A DNA stretch of 61,875 bases, filler included, from Choristocarpus tenellus KU-1152 (GCA_964200185.2; 15 parts of 15 records of this genome joined end to end with filler, not necessarily neighbours in it); one strand, 5' to 3'. Shown: positions 24,202-37,355, numbered from the whole stretch's first letter. Made by a program: numbers and translations. Notes: generated by a model not told the origin, from the sequence alone.

Positions 24202-25728
24202 TGTGTCGGTGTGTGCGTCTCTCTGTCCACATTTGTCACTGTCTGCATGACAATGCAACTTGGCAATCATACCATCAAACATCGAGATGACCCTGTTCCA
24301 CCAGGGTTGGTTGTTAGTCACATCATGGCGACACTGTCTATCCCGGGGGACCAGTGCCATTTCAATGTTTGGCAATCTGAGTCTTGTCCAGAAAATAACA
24401 TTAATAACATCGTCAAATACGAGTTTTAAAATGCATCTCTTCTCGTGGAAGTTGCATCCCTGGGTTCATCCAACTGTAGTGCACAATATCCTAGATCCAA
24501 CCACTTCTATTTTCACGTTTGAATCTACAATACAGCATCAGCATCCATTATCACACATGGCACTACTCTTTCCTTGCTACAAGCAGGCCACAACAATTGA
24601 TCACCGAGATTCATCCTCAAGGTCTCTCTTCTCATCACTGGACACAAGAGATACAGGGTACCTCAAACTGTCACCAAACACATCAACCCACAAGAACGTT
24701 TTATGACAAAAAAAGACTCGGCAAGTCAGTCAGACAGTCAGCCTCTACAAAAAAAAAAAACTACCCAAAGAAAAAAAGAAAGGCCCCCCAGCTAGTCACG
24801 TTTGGCAAAACATATCATTTCTGGAGAGCACAAACAGGTGTTAAAATTCTTGGAGTCACCCATACAATCAACTGGACACTAAAAAAACCAACCAGAGGTC
24901 CGTTCCGCAGTATCTACATCAAAATCCACCCAGGCGCTTCAAAAAAAGATTCGGGGGGGGGGGGGGGGGGGGGCACACAAGGCGGAGGAAAAACGCACCC
25001 CACCCGCCCAAAACACAACNNNNNNNNNNNNNNNNNNNNNNNNNNNNNNNNNNNNNNNNNNNNTTAATTAATTAANNNNNNNNNNNNNNNNNNNNNNNNN
25101 NNNNNNNNNNNNNNNNNNNGAGAGTGTCGGGGTGGGTTTCTATGGGTGGAAGAGGAGGATAAGCTCCAGCAACTATCCACCACTGCGTTCCAGCAGACCA
25201 AGGAGGAAAGGGTCAGGGGGGTCGTCCACACCTAACTGTTGTGGAGAAGGAGATGACCTAGCTAAACAGACGTGCATATATAACAAAATATGGGATCTGA
25301 GCCACCCCTTTCAGGGTGTGTGAGATTAGTAACTGAGGGCCCTTTGACAGTATATTTTGGTAGTATTCATAAATACTTGAGTACATACGTGTGTTTCTAC
25401 CAATAGGACTATATCTAAAGTCCGATTTCTCATTTACTTTTGCCGGTGAATGCTCGTTTGTCCCCCTCTTCTACAGTTACAGCCTTCTACGAGGGTAAGC
25501 AGCATTTCAGGCATGGGAAATCGAGTGTCAGACAGAGATTGTAAAATCCATACCTGTATTCTACTCAAAAGGGCCAAGGCGGATCCCCTTTAATGGTGGG
25601 ATGGCTCATCTGTGCGTAACTTCCACCTTCAAACTGCCGACTAACAAGGCATTTTACGTAAAATACCACCAGTAGAAAAGGCGCACCACAGGCCAGGGCC
25701 TTGAAGTCGAACAAATGGATGACGCACT

Positions 25729-25986
25729 GAGTCAAACCAACTGAGAGGTAGGCAGTGTTGCATCCTGAGGATCCCGAGAAAGGGCAAGAGTTTTTCATTT
25801 TGTACAATTGCAGGAAGAGCTATTGCTGAATTGTGGCATCACTTGTGGGTGGAAAGAGCAAGGAGCAATTTTGCGTACACTATTGTGCACATAAAGCGAC
25901 GAAATAGTGTGTATTGTACCAAGTACGAAAGGTGGCCTAGAATGCAAAAGCGTCCAAACCTGCCTACTTCTCCATTTGTTTGGCTC
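25729..25986 (+). mobile_element. MITE family D
   Basis: GAGTCAAACCAACTGAGAGGTAGG...CCTACTTCTCCATTTGTTTGGCTC. Confidence 0.82.
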
Positions 25987-26026
25987 ATTCCGGGTCAACC
26001 ATCCCCTCAATATTTATTGACAAAGA

Positions 26027-26500
26027 GAGCCAAACCAATTGAGAGGTAGGCAAATTTGGACCCTTGCTCATCCTAAGCCATCTATCTTACCCTGTGCATT
26101 GGCCCAAAGTATCTGGGGGGGGGAGGGGGGGGGTCTACACCATGGTGTCCATTCGGGCCCTGACCAGGAGAAGTACACTTACATTACCCATCCGAAGCAC
26201 GCAACCAAACTACCCAAAAATAGCGAGATGGAAAAATGGTCCCCAAATGGACAGCCATCACCCCCCCCCAGATACTTTGAGCCATTACACTCTATTTCAT
26301 TGCCGTATTTCCACAATAGTGTACGCAAAATCGATACCTGCGTAGACCAACTAAGAGGTAGCCAGGGTTGCATTTTAAAGATCCTGAGAAAGGTGGGAAA
26401 TGTGTCATTTTGTACGTTTTCTTTGCTGAATTGTGGTGTAACAGCTTTGTGCGTGGAAAGGGGGAATATAAAATATGTGTATACACTCTTGTCCATAAAT
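26027..26500. mobile_element. Rearranged family D MITE pieces (inverted half 26027-26340, forward partial from ~26341) hosting a nested family C MITE
   Basis: GAGCCAAACCAATTGAGAGGTAGG at 26027. The host sequence ...GTGCATT/ACACTCTATTTC is contiguous in the 21823 copy but split here. Confidence 0.7.
26101..26283. mobile_element. MITE family C nested in a family D element
   Basis: TIR GGCCCAAAGTATCTGGGG / CCCCAGATACTTTGAGCC; duplicated target ATT (or CATT). Confidence 0.85.
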
Positions 26501-27446
26501 AGGATAGGAAGTGTTGTTCCCCTATGAGACAGATTGTTTTGTTAACTACCGTACGGGAGGCCTCTTCTTTTTGACCTGCGGTAGGGTTGTGCTCGATGGA
26601 TTCCTGGCATTGACATGTCCAACATGGTGACCAACTCTTCACGAAGTTCAGGAAGAACTTTGGTGGTGACCACCCCTCCTCATTCTTCTTCGCCTTGTGA
26701 TAGGATATAATTTCAGCGAGTGTACACATCGTCGCGTTTGGTAGTGTATTTTACTTGCGAATTTACACGGTGTGACTCACTATTATTGTTCTGGATTAAC
26801 TTAACTATAGGAATATATGTATCTTCTGCAGTATATTAATATTGTTAGGTCTTTGTTGGTGCGAGCAAGTGTTTCGTAGGTGTTTCAAGGTTGCGATTCC
26901 TGGTCAATGCAGGAAACATTAACACCAAATAGTCATCTAACAACCACAACTCAACGTGAGCTCCCAAACATCCAACCCTGTAAACTCACTTAAGAATTAC
27001 TTGACAATATAAATAGATGGTACAAGTATTTCATGTAGGTAAACCCCATACATAATAATAATCGATGATGATGTAGAAAGCAACTAACTCGACTGACTGT
27101 ATTACATCTGTCATTATGTCTGATTCGAAACTACTGCAACACCACTGATCCTTCAACTTTCACCTTCAACCCCTCCACCCTACAAATACTTATTGATTTT
27201 TTGTGGATGTCTCATTTTGTGACTCCTGTTGAGACAATAAATTGTATACCCACTTCTGTCGGTGTAAACGAACCCTTACCAGATCTGTTTCTTGTTCAAA
27301 CTACAGTATTCACAAAAAATCGCGCGATGATCAATCTTGCGCGCTCAACACGACTACTACTACTGTTATTAGGTTGAACTACCCTACACCAATTCTATGT
27401 GGAGCCCATATTACCCTTACTCCACATCTTCACCAGGTTGGTCGCC

Positions 27447-29789
27447 ATGAATTATGGTATGGAAGCCATGACAGCTGCGGCAGAGGCACACGCTGCCTCT
27501 GCCGCACTAGCCCTGTACCCAGAATCCCTTGAGCCATGGAAAAAACCCGGAAAGATGTCAGAGTACATTGACGGCAAACACCGCAAGTGCCAGGTGATAT
27601 TATGTGTGTGCTGACGAGGCTGTATCAATCCACAGGCTTGGGTTGTACGACTTTAAATGTGCCCACTGGTTTTTCTCTGACTCCCTAGACCTAGAGATGA
27701 TGTAGCAGAGGCTCCGTGAAAGCAGTTGCCAGTACCATCGGAGACTATTTCTCCAGTTTTTGTGTCCAACCTAAAGGATACGTTTACCCCGACGTAACTC
27801 AATTTGTACAATATTCAGTTTCCAGAGCTTGGAAGATAGTCGGGGGAGATATGAAGGTAGAAAATGGACAACGGAGAGGAAAAGGGTGGTGGAGGGAGAA
27901 AATGGTGACAGGGACCTGCCTTCCTCTTCCTTTCTGGTCTTAGTAGTCATCGAATTTGTGCCCTCTTGCCTCGAACGCGGCATGCGCTCGTCAACATTGG
28001 AGAAGGCATGCATTTTTATTTTACTTACCAATCGCACAATTGGTGTAGAATCTTACAGTATATCCCGTCATGGTCTCTGGCAGGCAACTGGGTGCACCAA
28101 ACAGTGCAACTTCGGCAATGAGGGGTCTCGGGCAGCCTTCTGCTTCTCGCACAAGTTGGATGGAATGATCAACGTCAACCACCGCCTTTGCCAGGTGTGT
28201 CTGCATGTATGCACGGCACCCTTGCCCTTAGAGAGAGGATTGGGGTGTATCATACTACATGAATAGTGCTCGCCAACATCTCTTGATGCACTGTGGCATA
28301 CACATTCTAAAGTACTTCGAAAGATAGAGTGGTTGTATAAAAACTTCCTAGCTGGAGGGAATCAGAAGCATGCGGAGCTCTAACATAACATTCCAACTAC
28401 TTTTTACACAGCTTGAACATGGGTCTCATTGTAAGTGTAATTGAATCTGCCAAATGCATTTGTCAGTGAACAAGATAATCATGATCACTGTAAAGATCAT
28501 TTCGAATTGTCCTGGCGAATAGGAGAGGGTACCTTACAATCTAAGTGCTACCCTGCTATCAACTTGCCATCCCCAGCCGAAATATGAAGCCACCATAACC
28601 TAGCGTAATGAGAGGGCAGAGGCAAGAGCGAAATCCAATCCTTTGTTGTAGCTTTGCGCACATAACGACCAGACCTATCAATTGCATCCTATCTATCAAG
28701 TTCTCAGGTCACTATAAATCTGACCCCTTGCGTAGCTTTCCCCCCCTGATTATCTCAACTGCTACATTATGTGTAACATATCTGTAATCATGAGATGAAT
28801 TTCGTCCATCTCAATGGGCAGTTAAAAGACAATGGTTGCCAAGAATGTGGGGCAGCGGGGGAGTCAGGAGTAGAAAGGTTGATATGTACTCCAACATCGA
28901 CAAAACACCCACAAGAAACACTCAGACCTCCCTTCAGGCTCTGGTTTTACTTGCCAGCGGTGGGAAAGGATTGACTCTGTCCCCCCTACTAACCCTTAAT
29001 GGTAACAAGGATGACAACTCTCTCATGAATCGTACCCACAACAGTAACAGTGACCCTAATTTTTAGGGCTTTAACCAAATACATTCTTCTTCAGGAGGAG
29101 GGGTGTTCAAGACTAGCAACCTTCTCCACCCCAGGAGAAAAGCCTGCCTTTTGTGGCCAGCACAGGGGAGAGGGCATGGAATCGAGGCACAAACGGGTCT
29201 TGTGTGATGCCCCCGGGTATGAGTGGGGGGGTAGGGGGAAGGCAAATGAGTGGGTTTGGAGGATATGATGGCTGGCGTGTCAGTAGTTTTTCTTTTTCTT
29301 GTTTGCACAGGAGCATGTGGTGTAATCTTCAAGGTTTGTTTCTATTTTATCTTTCTGCGACACAATGTATCTGTAGGTCTACTCTGAGCCACGGCTGTAC
29401 TTCACCTCAAAATAGCATGACAGAGAGTGGGGTGAGGGACAGGGGTGGGGAGAGAGGTAATGTGTTGAAATCTTGGCTGCTGTTTGTGTACATTGCAGTG
29501 AAGAGGAGGAGGCCCTTCAAATCGAAACCAAGGTTTGATTGTCTGCTGCATGTTGATGGTGTGTAGTCCAGAGATGTGTACGTCGTCTCCCAACAAGTGA
29601 TGTGGTCATCTCCGCTATCTATATCTGTAGCCCCAACCAATCAAACAATTTTACCAAGCAACTGTTGACCTATCTCCCTCTGGAGAAAATCTTAGGTGTT
29701 CCCGGCAGCCGATATTTGGACTTCTGGGTCAGCAGCAAAGGACTTCCTGCTCTCAACACAAGGCTGAGGGAATGGTCAACATGACCAAG
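27447..29789 (+). CDS. EsV-1-7 cysteine-rich repeat protein, 5' part
   Basis: Phase-consistent exons 27447-27593, 28084-28194, 29095-29216 and 29696-29789 encode three repeats of C-x4-C-x4-F-x(8-9)-C-x2-H-x3-GM: CQATGCTKQCNFG..FCFSHKLDGMINV, CQEEGCSRLATF..FCGQHRGEGM and CDAPGCSRQPIFG..SCSQHKAEGMVNM. The ATG at 27447 follows an acceptor at 27436, so there is a 5' UTR intron or a further upstream exon. Confidence 0.88.
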
Positions 29790-30877
29790 GTGAGAGATGG
29801 AGCCCCGAACCAGAGTTTGGGTTGATTGTACAGTGGGGAAGGCAAGGCCATGGCAGACTCTTGTGTTGGTTGAGGAATGAGTTGGGTGGTGACTGGTATT
29901 CTGGGTTACGTTGGTTTTGGATGGATCTACTATTAGAGAGAGGCCTTGATGTGGGATGCATGGAATGAAGTGAACATTTGCTATAGAATGTATCTCTGAG
30001 CATTGGAAAAGGAAGGAGGAAAAATAATTTTTGAAGGGTCAATTCACCCTAAGAAAAAGGTTTCCTATGGTGGCCTGAGAATGTCAATATCTTCTAACTG
30101 TCACTTTCAGTTGGACAACACATGTGATTGATATTCATTTTGGTGTAGTTTGTGCTAACTCTAGTCATGCTATCACTTTTTATTCACCTGCCTCGTATGG
30201 TTAATGACTGGAAGAAGGCAAGGGGTGTGTGGGGGAGGGGGGAGAGATCAGATATGAGACGTTTTCATCAAGGGCGAGGAAGGGATGAGTCGAGTCAGTC
30301 GCATGAATGTCTGACCCGTCGCCCTGCTTTTGTAGCCACAGCTAAGGCACCGACTGCCTCTATTGTCTATGCTATAGAGCACGTCTCTCGCACTCTTTCA
30401 TCACTCTTAAGGACTTCTCACTATGCACATGGTGCATATGCCCTAACCCTAAAGAACTGCCGCAATATACAAATAGAAATAATAGTAATGATATATATTA
30501 ATAAGTAAAACAAACTATTGTACACTGGGCAACCCTATTCCAGATTCGACTATGCAAGGGGGGCTGCGGTAAATCGGCTGGGTTCAATTTCCCAGGTCCT
30601 GAGGCGAAAGCTGACTATTGCAAGGATCACCGCTTGGAGGGCATGGTATCTCTCCGAGGAAAGGGCTGTGAGGTGGGGAGGGTTGTGTGAATGGAGGAAG
30701 CAGGACATAGGGGGNNNNNNNNNNNNNNNNNNNNNNNNNNNNNNNNNNNNNNNNNNNNTTAATTAATTAANNNNNNNNNNNNNNNNNNNNNNNNNNNNNN
30801 NNNNNNNNNNNNNNCAAATTTGGCCCAATGAGTGAAGCTGAGAAACCTTGTACTTCGCCCTTCGATTTTGTGCCCAG

Positions 30878-31709
30878 AGTTAGAAGAGGTCAACTATGAA
30901 GTATTGCCCAATTGCAAAGTCATAATGAGCTTGGACCTTGAGTGTTTTCAGAACAGGGAGATGTGGTTGAAGCGACTTCCAGGGACCAACTGTTAGTTTG
31001 CTGAGGGCTATGCCAATGGAGTGTATGGTTTGCTTTCTTGTTAAGGACAATGCATGCTCCCTTGTTGGTAGATATCAGGACAAGGGCGGGATGCCTACTT
31101 CAGCATTGCTTAAGGGAGTTAGTTAATGAAACCACTAAACTGATGCCAATTTCTTTCCACAAGCTAGCAGCATTGTGCAAGCAATTGTTCTTGAGTGGTT
31201 GGGTCTTGTCCATTTCCGACTCTTTACCCTACACTTTCTTTGGTGAGGAGTAGAAAACAACAATGAAGATCGGACGGTCTGTGGCCTTCTCCTCCCCACC
31301 TTGTAGATGTGTGATGAAGCGTGATGATTGCCATGAAGCGCAGCAGTATATTCCCCACACCCACTACCTAGTCTGACTGACCCCTTCAATGATCCATCCT
31401 CTCGGTTATTTGGCAGGTCTCCCCTACCTTAATCCCTTCCAGTTAAAAGAAAGGGGTATGAAGGCATTCTGTGAGGCACGCAAGGCTACCCAGGAGGTTC
31501 TGGACCAGCCTCTGCCGAACACATGCCATGCCCAACAACACAGTGGTAGTGGGGGGAGCGGGAACACCTGTGAATCAGGTCTTGGTAGAAATTATGGTGG
31601 CATAGGTAACATTAGAAGTGGTGAAGGTAGTGGCAACACAGTTGATGGTACAGGGAGGTTACCCTCATCTCCTGGGAGGACGCAGGGGATGGGTCTTGTT
31701 CTAATGGAG
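30878..31709 (+). CDS. Unidentified protein, two putative internal exons
   Basis: 30878-30991 (CAG/GT, phase 1-1) and 31417-31709 (CAG/GT) splice in frame: LEEVNYEVLPNCKVIMSLDLECFQNREMWLKRLPGTNCLPYLNPFQLKERGMKAFCEARK...GMGLVLME. No family recognised. Confidence 0.45.
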
Positions 31710-33106
31710 GTTAGTGTGCATGAGGGGGGCCAACAAATGAGTCCAAACAAGAGCAATTCTTATAGGCCTACATGGTCCAAGCTGTAGCAAGTGCCATGTT
31801 TGGTATTTTCACCTCGAGTGAGTGACACAATTGGAAGTCTTTGCCTGTGGTGTTCTGAGCTGCAAGTCTTGTCAAGGAGACATTTTGGGTGGAAAATAAT
31901 TTGTGGGTAGTGCTCTATAGTGAACAGACAACAAGTTGAACTCTGTTGTCAAAGGAGGTGTGGTGAAACTCTGTTGAGATTTCATCTGTTGCTCAAGCTT
32001 GAAAGGATTTTCAGACTGTACGGGGACTCTGGAGGTTGTGGGAAGTAGCTATTCAGTCCTCAGTGTAGTTCTATAGTAACACCGGTGCTACTGAAAGAAA
32101 ATAGTTATCACCCTGGAGCGATATTGTAGACAGCATGGTAAAAATGCATTTTTGCGGAGACAAGAGTTTCGTAGACAAGGACCCAACGACATCTGGTTAG
32201 TCTTCATGGCAAGACTTGCACTGTCATGCACAGCCAAGTGCAGTATAAGGAGAGCCATGACAGTGACGAAGCTCAATTGCTCAGAGTTGTCTCCTTGCAA
32301 AAAGCTATGATGTGCGAAAGGGCAGTGAGCAAAGAGATCTGAAAGTGCATTGAAGTAATATGTGAACCACTCTAGACCCCACTTGAGGTAAAGTACTGCC
32401 GATATCCAAGACCAGTGGGCTCAAATACAGATGGATGGAGGGTAGGAGATGATGCGCTCCTCAGGGACTATCAACATGCTTGGTCGATCTCCTTTGTGAG
32501 TTCATCTCTTGTCGTGGCCATTGGTTGAGCTGTAAATCTACTCGCAATACTAGTGAGCATACATTGTCTTTCATCCAAGGATATCACAACTTGGTAGGAC
32601 CAAAGAAGTGAAAGTCGGTAAGCTGGCTCGTGGGATAACCTTCCAATAATATGGCTGCAAGCCCTATTTTGAACATTTTCCGATACAATTTCCTGATACT
32701 GTGACAGTTGTGCTCTAACTTCAATTTGTGTGCAGTTGTTATGGCCAAATGTTTGAGATCGGAATAGTTAAGGGTCTCATGAAAGGAATTTCCAACATCT
32801 TTAGGGCCCTCATACAGCACAAGATGGCTATTGCTGTCCCACTGTAGTACGTTTACTTTAGCAGATGATCGATTCAATGATCCAGTGGAGACATGGCAAA
32901 ATGGGACTGATTGGATGAGCAACCTCAAACAGCTGATCATCAAAATTGAGGATAAGCGAGACGCGGATTGGTGTGCGGAAAGTGCATATATGGGGTTTTT
33001 TTAATGTTGCGGCACTTTTGGAAGGCCCCGCTATGAATGGGAATCCATCCCGATGAAGGTGGTAGTAGGAGAGTGTGTGGGGAGCAGCAACGATTTCGTT
33101 TGATTG

Positions 33107-33489
33107 TCATGTACATGTATGCCCTGCGTTGACCTGCTTTCTTGAATTGAAAGCGCTTTCGTGATCAAACTCTCTCTTCAACACCGTTATTCTATGTTTT
33201 CCGTCCAGTGTTTGTCCTTGAACGGCAAGCGCGGTGTCGGTGGTGAGCTGGTCCCCGTTGCCTAAGCAGTCTCGTTGGATGACGGACGGAGCAAACTGCT
33301 CGAGCGAGCCCTTTTCACGGATAGACTTGCTGATGTGTGCAAGGCCATGCTCGCTCAGGGGCTGCACCGTCTCCGTGCACGTGATGTTGCCAAGTTTCAT
33401 CTTGTACATGCCGAGGTAGTGCTATTCAAGGAGTGAGGACATGCCCTTGGCATTGCTGTCCAATGCTCTCGATCTGTGGGCAGCGCCAT
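33107..33489 (-). pseudogene. Decayed ParB/sulfiredoxin-like domain ORF, probably transposon cargo
   Basis: TVQPLSEHGLAHISKSIREKGSLEQFAPSV...TLDGKHRITVLK matches the ParB/Srx pattern (LxxSIxxxGxLQP...DGxHR). Intronless, with a frameshift and a stop between the ATG at 33489 and the ORF at 33409. Confidence 0.55.
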
Positions 33490-34127
33490 TGGTGCGCGGG
33501 GGGGTCGTTGTTGAGCGAATGTTGGACATGGCGAAAATTGGGAAGGTGTGACGGAGATAGATAAGAAAGAGCTGTTGGTGGTATGTGCGGAAGGGAAGGA
33601 ATGGAAATGAGGAGTGAGGGCGGGGAGGTGCTGCTTTATTTCATTTGGTCCGTCGGTACCCAAGAAACTCAAACTTCTCTTTCCGTTGATAATTGTGTTC
33701 CAAAAAATATGAATATCGAACAGTATACGATTTCATATTTAAAACAAATAGAGTATCAGTTTTTTGTGACCTTTTCGTTTCGGAACATTTCAAGGTATTA
33801 GATCAATTAGGTATGTGGTTTATATTTTTATTTATTGAAATTATGAATATAATCTAATTTTGATTTCATAAGAACCAGAATACACGTATTTTCCAGAACA
33901 TGGATTTCAGGCTGGTCCGACGGATGACTCGAAACTCAAACATCGTACGCCCAGCTTCGAATTAAATTCAATTGTGCCCAAGACCGCCTGTTGCCTGAAA
34001 ACACCATGACAGTTGCTCCCATCCATATATACGTACGTGCACTCGACGCCGTACATCGATGTAATTTTCTTTTATTTTGTGTTATCTTTCATCATCCATC
34101 TCCCCAACATGCTCAGCGGCTTGTTGT

Positions 34128-34387
34128 GAGCTAAAGTATCTTAGAGGGTAGGAGCGTGTCCATTTGGGGGTCCAAATCCAATGTTGCGATTTTATTGTAA
34201 TTTTGGCTATCGTGTTTGTTAGGAAGTGTAAATATCCTTGTTCCAGACACACTTTTTCCTAACGCATACATTTTACCTACTCCGAAGCATTTCGGAGTAG
34301 GTAAAATGTCATTAAAAAACCCATGGGAAGCCAAGCCCCAAATGGACAAACAGGGCAAAACTTGTACCCTTTGAGATACTTTCACTC
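34128..34387 (+). mobile_element. MITE family A
   Basis: GAGCTAAAGTATCTTAGAGGGTA...TACCCTTTGAGATACTTTCACTC; contains the perfect internal hairpin 34268-34309. Confidence 0.88.
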
Positions 34388-35596
34388 GTATCTGCAGCAC
34401 TATCAACGAACACTCTCCCTTGCTGCGCAGACACTATATACCATTATAATCTACTTCTATGAAAACTTGAAAGAAACAAACACCTGCTAACTCTCTCAAA
34501 AACAAAGCCATAAATATACCCCAATGTCAAAGTTGACTTTGGGTCTGTGTAGGTACAAAAACATCAGTCATCAATTCTAAACCTCTATCCTACTGCAGCC
34601 TCCCGTGGAAACATTATGGGGTACTTTCTCCTGCAAGTCCTTAGCGATGTCCCATTGCGTCTCCCACAATCCATAAAATGGCAGGGTCCTTAGCAATACA
34701 TCCAGCGTCTCCTANNNNNNNNNNNNNNNNNNNNNNNNNNNNNNNNNNNNNNNNNNNNTTAATTAATTAANNNNNNNNNNNNNNNNNNNNNNNNNNNNNN
34801 NNNNNNNNNNNNNNCCCTGGCAGAGGGATTGAAGACGCAGCAGCCTGTTGGGGTGGCAGGGAATGGGGGTGAGGGGAAGGCTTTCATGCTATCGCTTGCA
34901 CCTGATGCCAAGGCAAGAGAGGTGTGTTCCATTTTGCGCTTCCATCGTTGCAGACACCCCTCTGGGGTGGATAAAGGTGTTTGCAATGTGCAATGTGGTA
35001 AGTGATGCTTGTTTGCTGTGGCTGTGGCCCCTTTGTTGGTGTTGAGTGCCATGTTATTTGTGAAAGCATAGGCTCGTGTGCTTGTTAGAGCGGCGGTGGG
35101 TATTGTGGCTCCTCACCAGGTGACGACTTGAAGTGCTATGCTAGGTTCTTGGTGCTTGTTTGATGTATGTTGATGACAGTTCACGGTAGTGTGTTGGGGA
35201 TGACTATTGGCACTGCAACCTTGCTTGAATATCATCAATCGGAAGCCTCAAGAGGTAAGTAAATCCATGCCTTCAGATAGACAGACAGACAGACATCGAT
35301 TGTACCCCTGCTACAAATTGAAATGTAATTAGCCTGGTCGAAGGATGGTGGTTCAGCTGTGACCTACAGTGTGTGGAGTGGTAGGCACCATTCCTATTGG
35401 TCAGCATGATGTATGGAGTGTTTCGCTTCTTGTACCCTTCTTGTATTGTGGTGACTTGTTATTGTGGGGTGTGCGTTTTGTGTGTGGGGAAGACAGGCAG
35501 GCAGGTAGTAGTTGGTTGTTTGGTTGACTTAGGTCAGTCCGCTGTCTTGGAAGGGGAAGCACCTTTTTCGTTTCTTCTTTTTTTTGTTTCAAATAC

Positions 35597-35634
<38 letters not shown>

Positions 35635-37212
35635 CTTACAGTGGAATACAAAGTGCAGTAGTGTATGCAATACAGTTTTGCTTTGTTTATTCAACTATGT
35701 CAAGTCCATAAAAACTGTGTGCTATGCTTAGGATGACATTACTACCCGATAGTGTGCTACTCTAGTTTCAACAGACTGCTGGTGGTAGTCTGTACAGTAC
35801 GGCCTGTGTAAGTTGCGCGCTTGGAGTGGCAAAATTATGGAGGCAGTGCCGACGCACAGGGTTTTTTATTTTTTTCTTACGTATTTCACAGTTAAAAAAA
35901 AGAAGAAGATGTATCACAAGATACCTCACATTTCCACCACGCATTGCAGGAGCGGTTGTGCAAAAAGGTGCACTGTTGCTGCCACTCACCCCTCATCGTC
36001 AGGGGCGTATGGGAACATCAAATCTGTTGGGGTTCGCAAAAGATAGAGCCGGTGTATGTTGTGTTGTGTTGTCTTGTGTAGTGTAGTGTAGTGTGGTGCA
36101 GAAGGAAGGGTGATTGCCTCCACTCGAGTTTCATTTTTTTTTATGATATGCGGGTAGGCGTTTTGTCTCGAGACAAAAATATATATTTTTTGGTTGCGAT
36201 AAAAAAAAGAAGACCCTCTTAGGTACTGGGAAAATCGGCTCCTGAGTGAGTGCCCTTGAGTGTCGGTGGTTGTATCTTGTATCCACGGGCAGTGGTACGA
36301 ATCGGTGCTTGTAATTGGGGCATAGGCTCGGGGTGAAGAGAAGCGCAGTGAACGTTCAGTCTTGCTGTGTTGTATTTTCGATGCAAGTGATGAGTCGCAA
36401 GTCGTTATGGAAAGGGAGCAAAGGTTAGTGCCTTTTTGTTGCGGTTGAGTCGATGGACAGAACCGATACAGAGTGTAGTGTACTTTACTTTACTTTACTT
36501 TACTTTACTTTTTGAAGTGGGTATTGGCAGCACAAGTGTATGTTGCAGTCGGTGAGGTGAATTATCAATGCGATGGGTTGAAGCGGCGCAAGCATGGCGG
36601 AGAGTCCACAGTCCTTCAGGAGTGACACGGAGCATCCGTGTATCAGGGTCTCCAGACTGGTGTACCCTTATGCAATAGTGACACACTGTAGGGGAGAGTA
36701 AAACTGATCGTAGAGCTAGAGGTACCTTATGTGATTTTCCAGAGTAAGGCTCTCTCTCCCTCTCTCTGTCAGCTGTATGCACCACGGAGTAACAAGGTCT
36801 CTTGAAGTCACCGTGTACAACCTCTCCTAAACCGGGCCAGGGCTATTTCTTGGGAGATGGTGAAGCGTGAAATGCCTTGCACAACTTTTTGTGACACCAT
36901 GCCATGCACGATTGTCTCTGATTTGACATAATGTATATATCCGCTTTTATTGATATCTCGAATTTAAACCAACTTTTCTATCTTTTCTAGACCCCCTTTA
37001 CCATGCAATAGATAGGACCTTGTGGCCAGGAGAACTAATCCCAGTACAACCTAAATGAGAAGAGCCATCTCCAATGCCACTGATGCTCCCCACGCTGTAG
37101 GACCTGAGCCTGCCTCATTTCTCCTCCAGCTTGTTTAGTCTCTCATGAATTGACAAGGCACTCATCCCCCTCACCCCCTCTCATCCCCAACCGCCCCCTT
37201 GTTTCTTCTTAG

Positions 37213-37355
37213 GTGGACCAACTGGAAATGGATAGACGGGCTCTCTTGGTGGGTTGTCGAACTGGCTTTGCTGCCTGCTACGACCTCCTTGCGCCGGGGG
37301 AAAGAGGGGGGGGGCTTGAGAAGGAAGGGGAGGAGGAGAGAGGTGTTGCGGGGAG
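37213..37355 (+). CDS. Possible internal exon of an unidentified gene
   Basis: Pyrimidine tract plus TAG acceptor, open frame VDQLEMDRRALLVGCRTGFAACYDLLAPG..., and an AG|GTGAG donor; no family recognised. Confidence 0.3.

Noticed and set aside
24062-24429. ORFs with CVCVCV/HTHTHT runs (also YIYI and ACLP runs elsewhere)
   Set aside because: These are translations of microsatellites.
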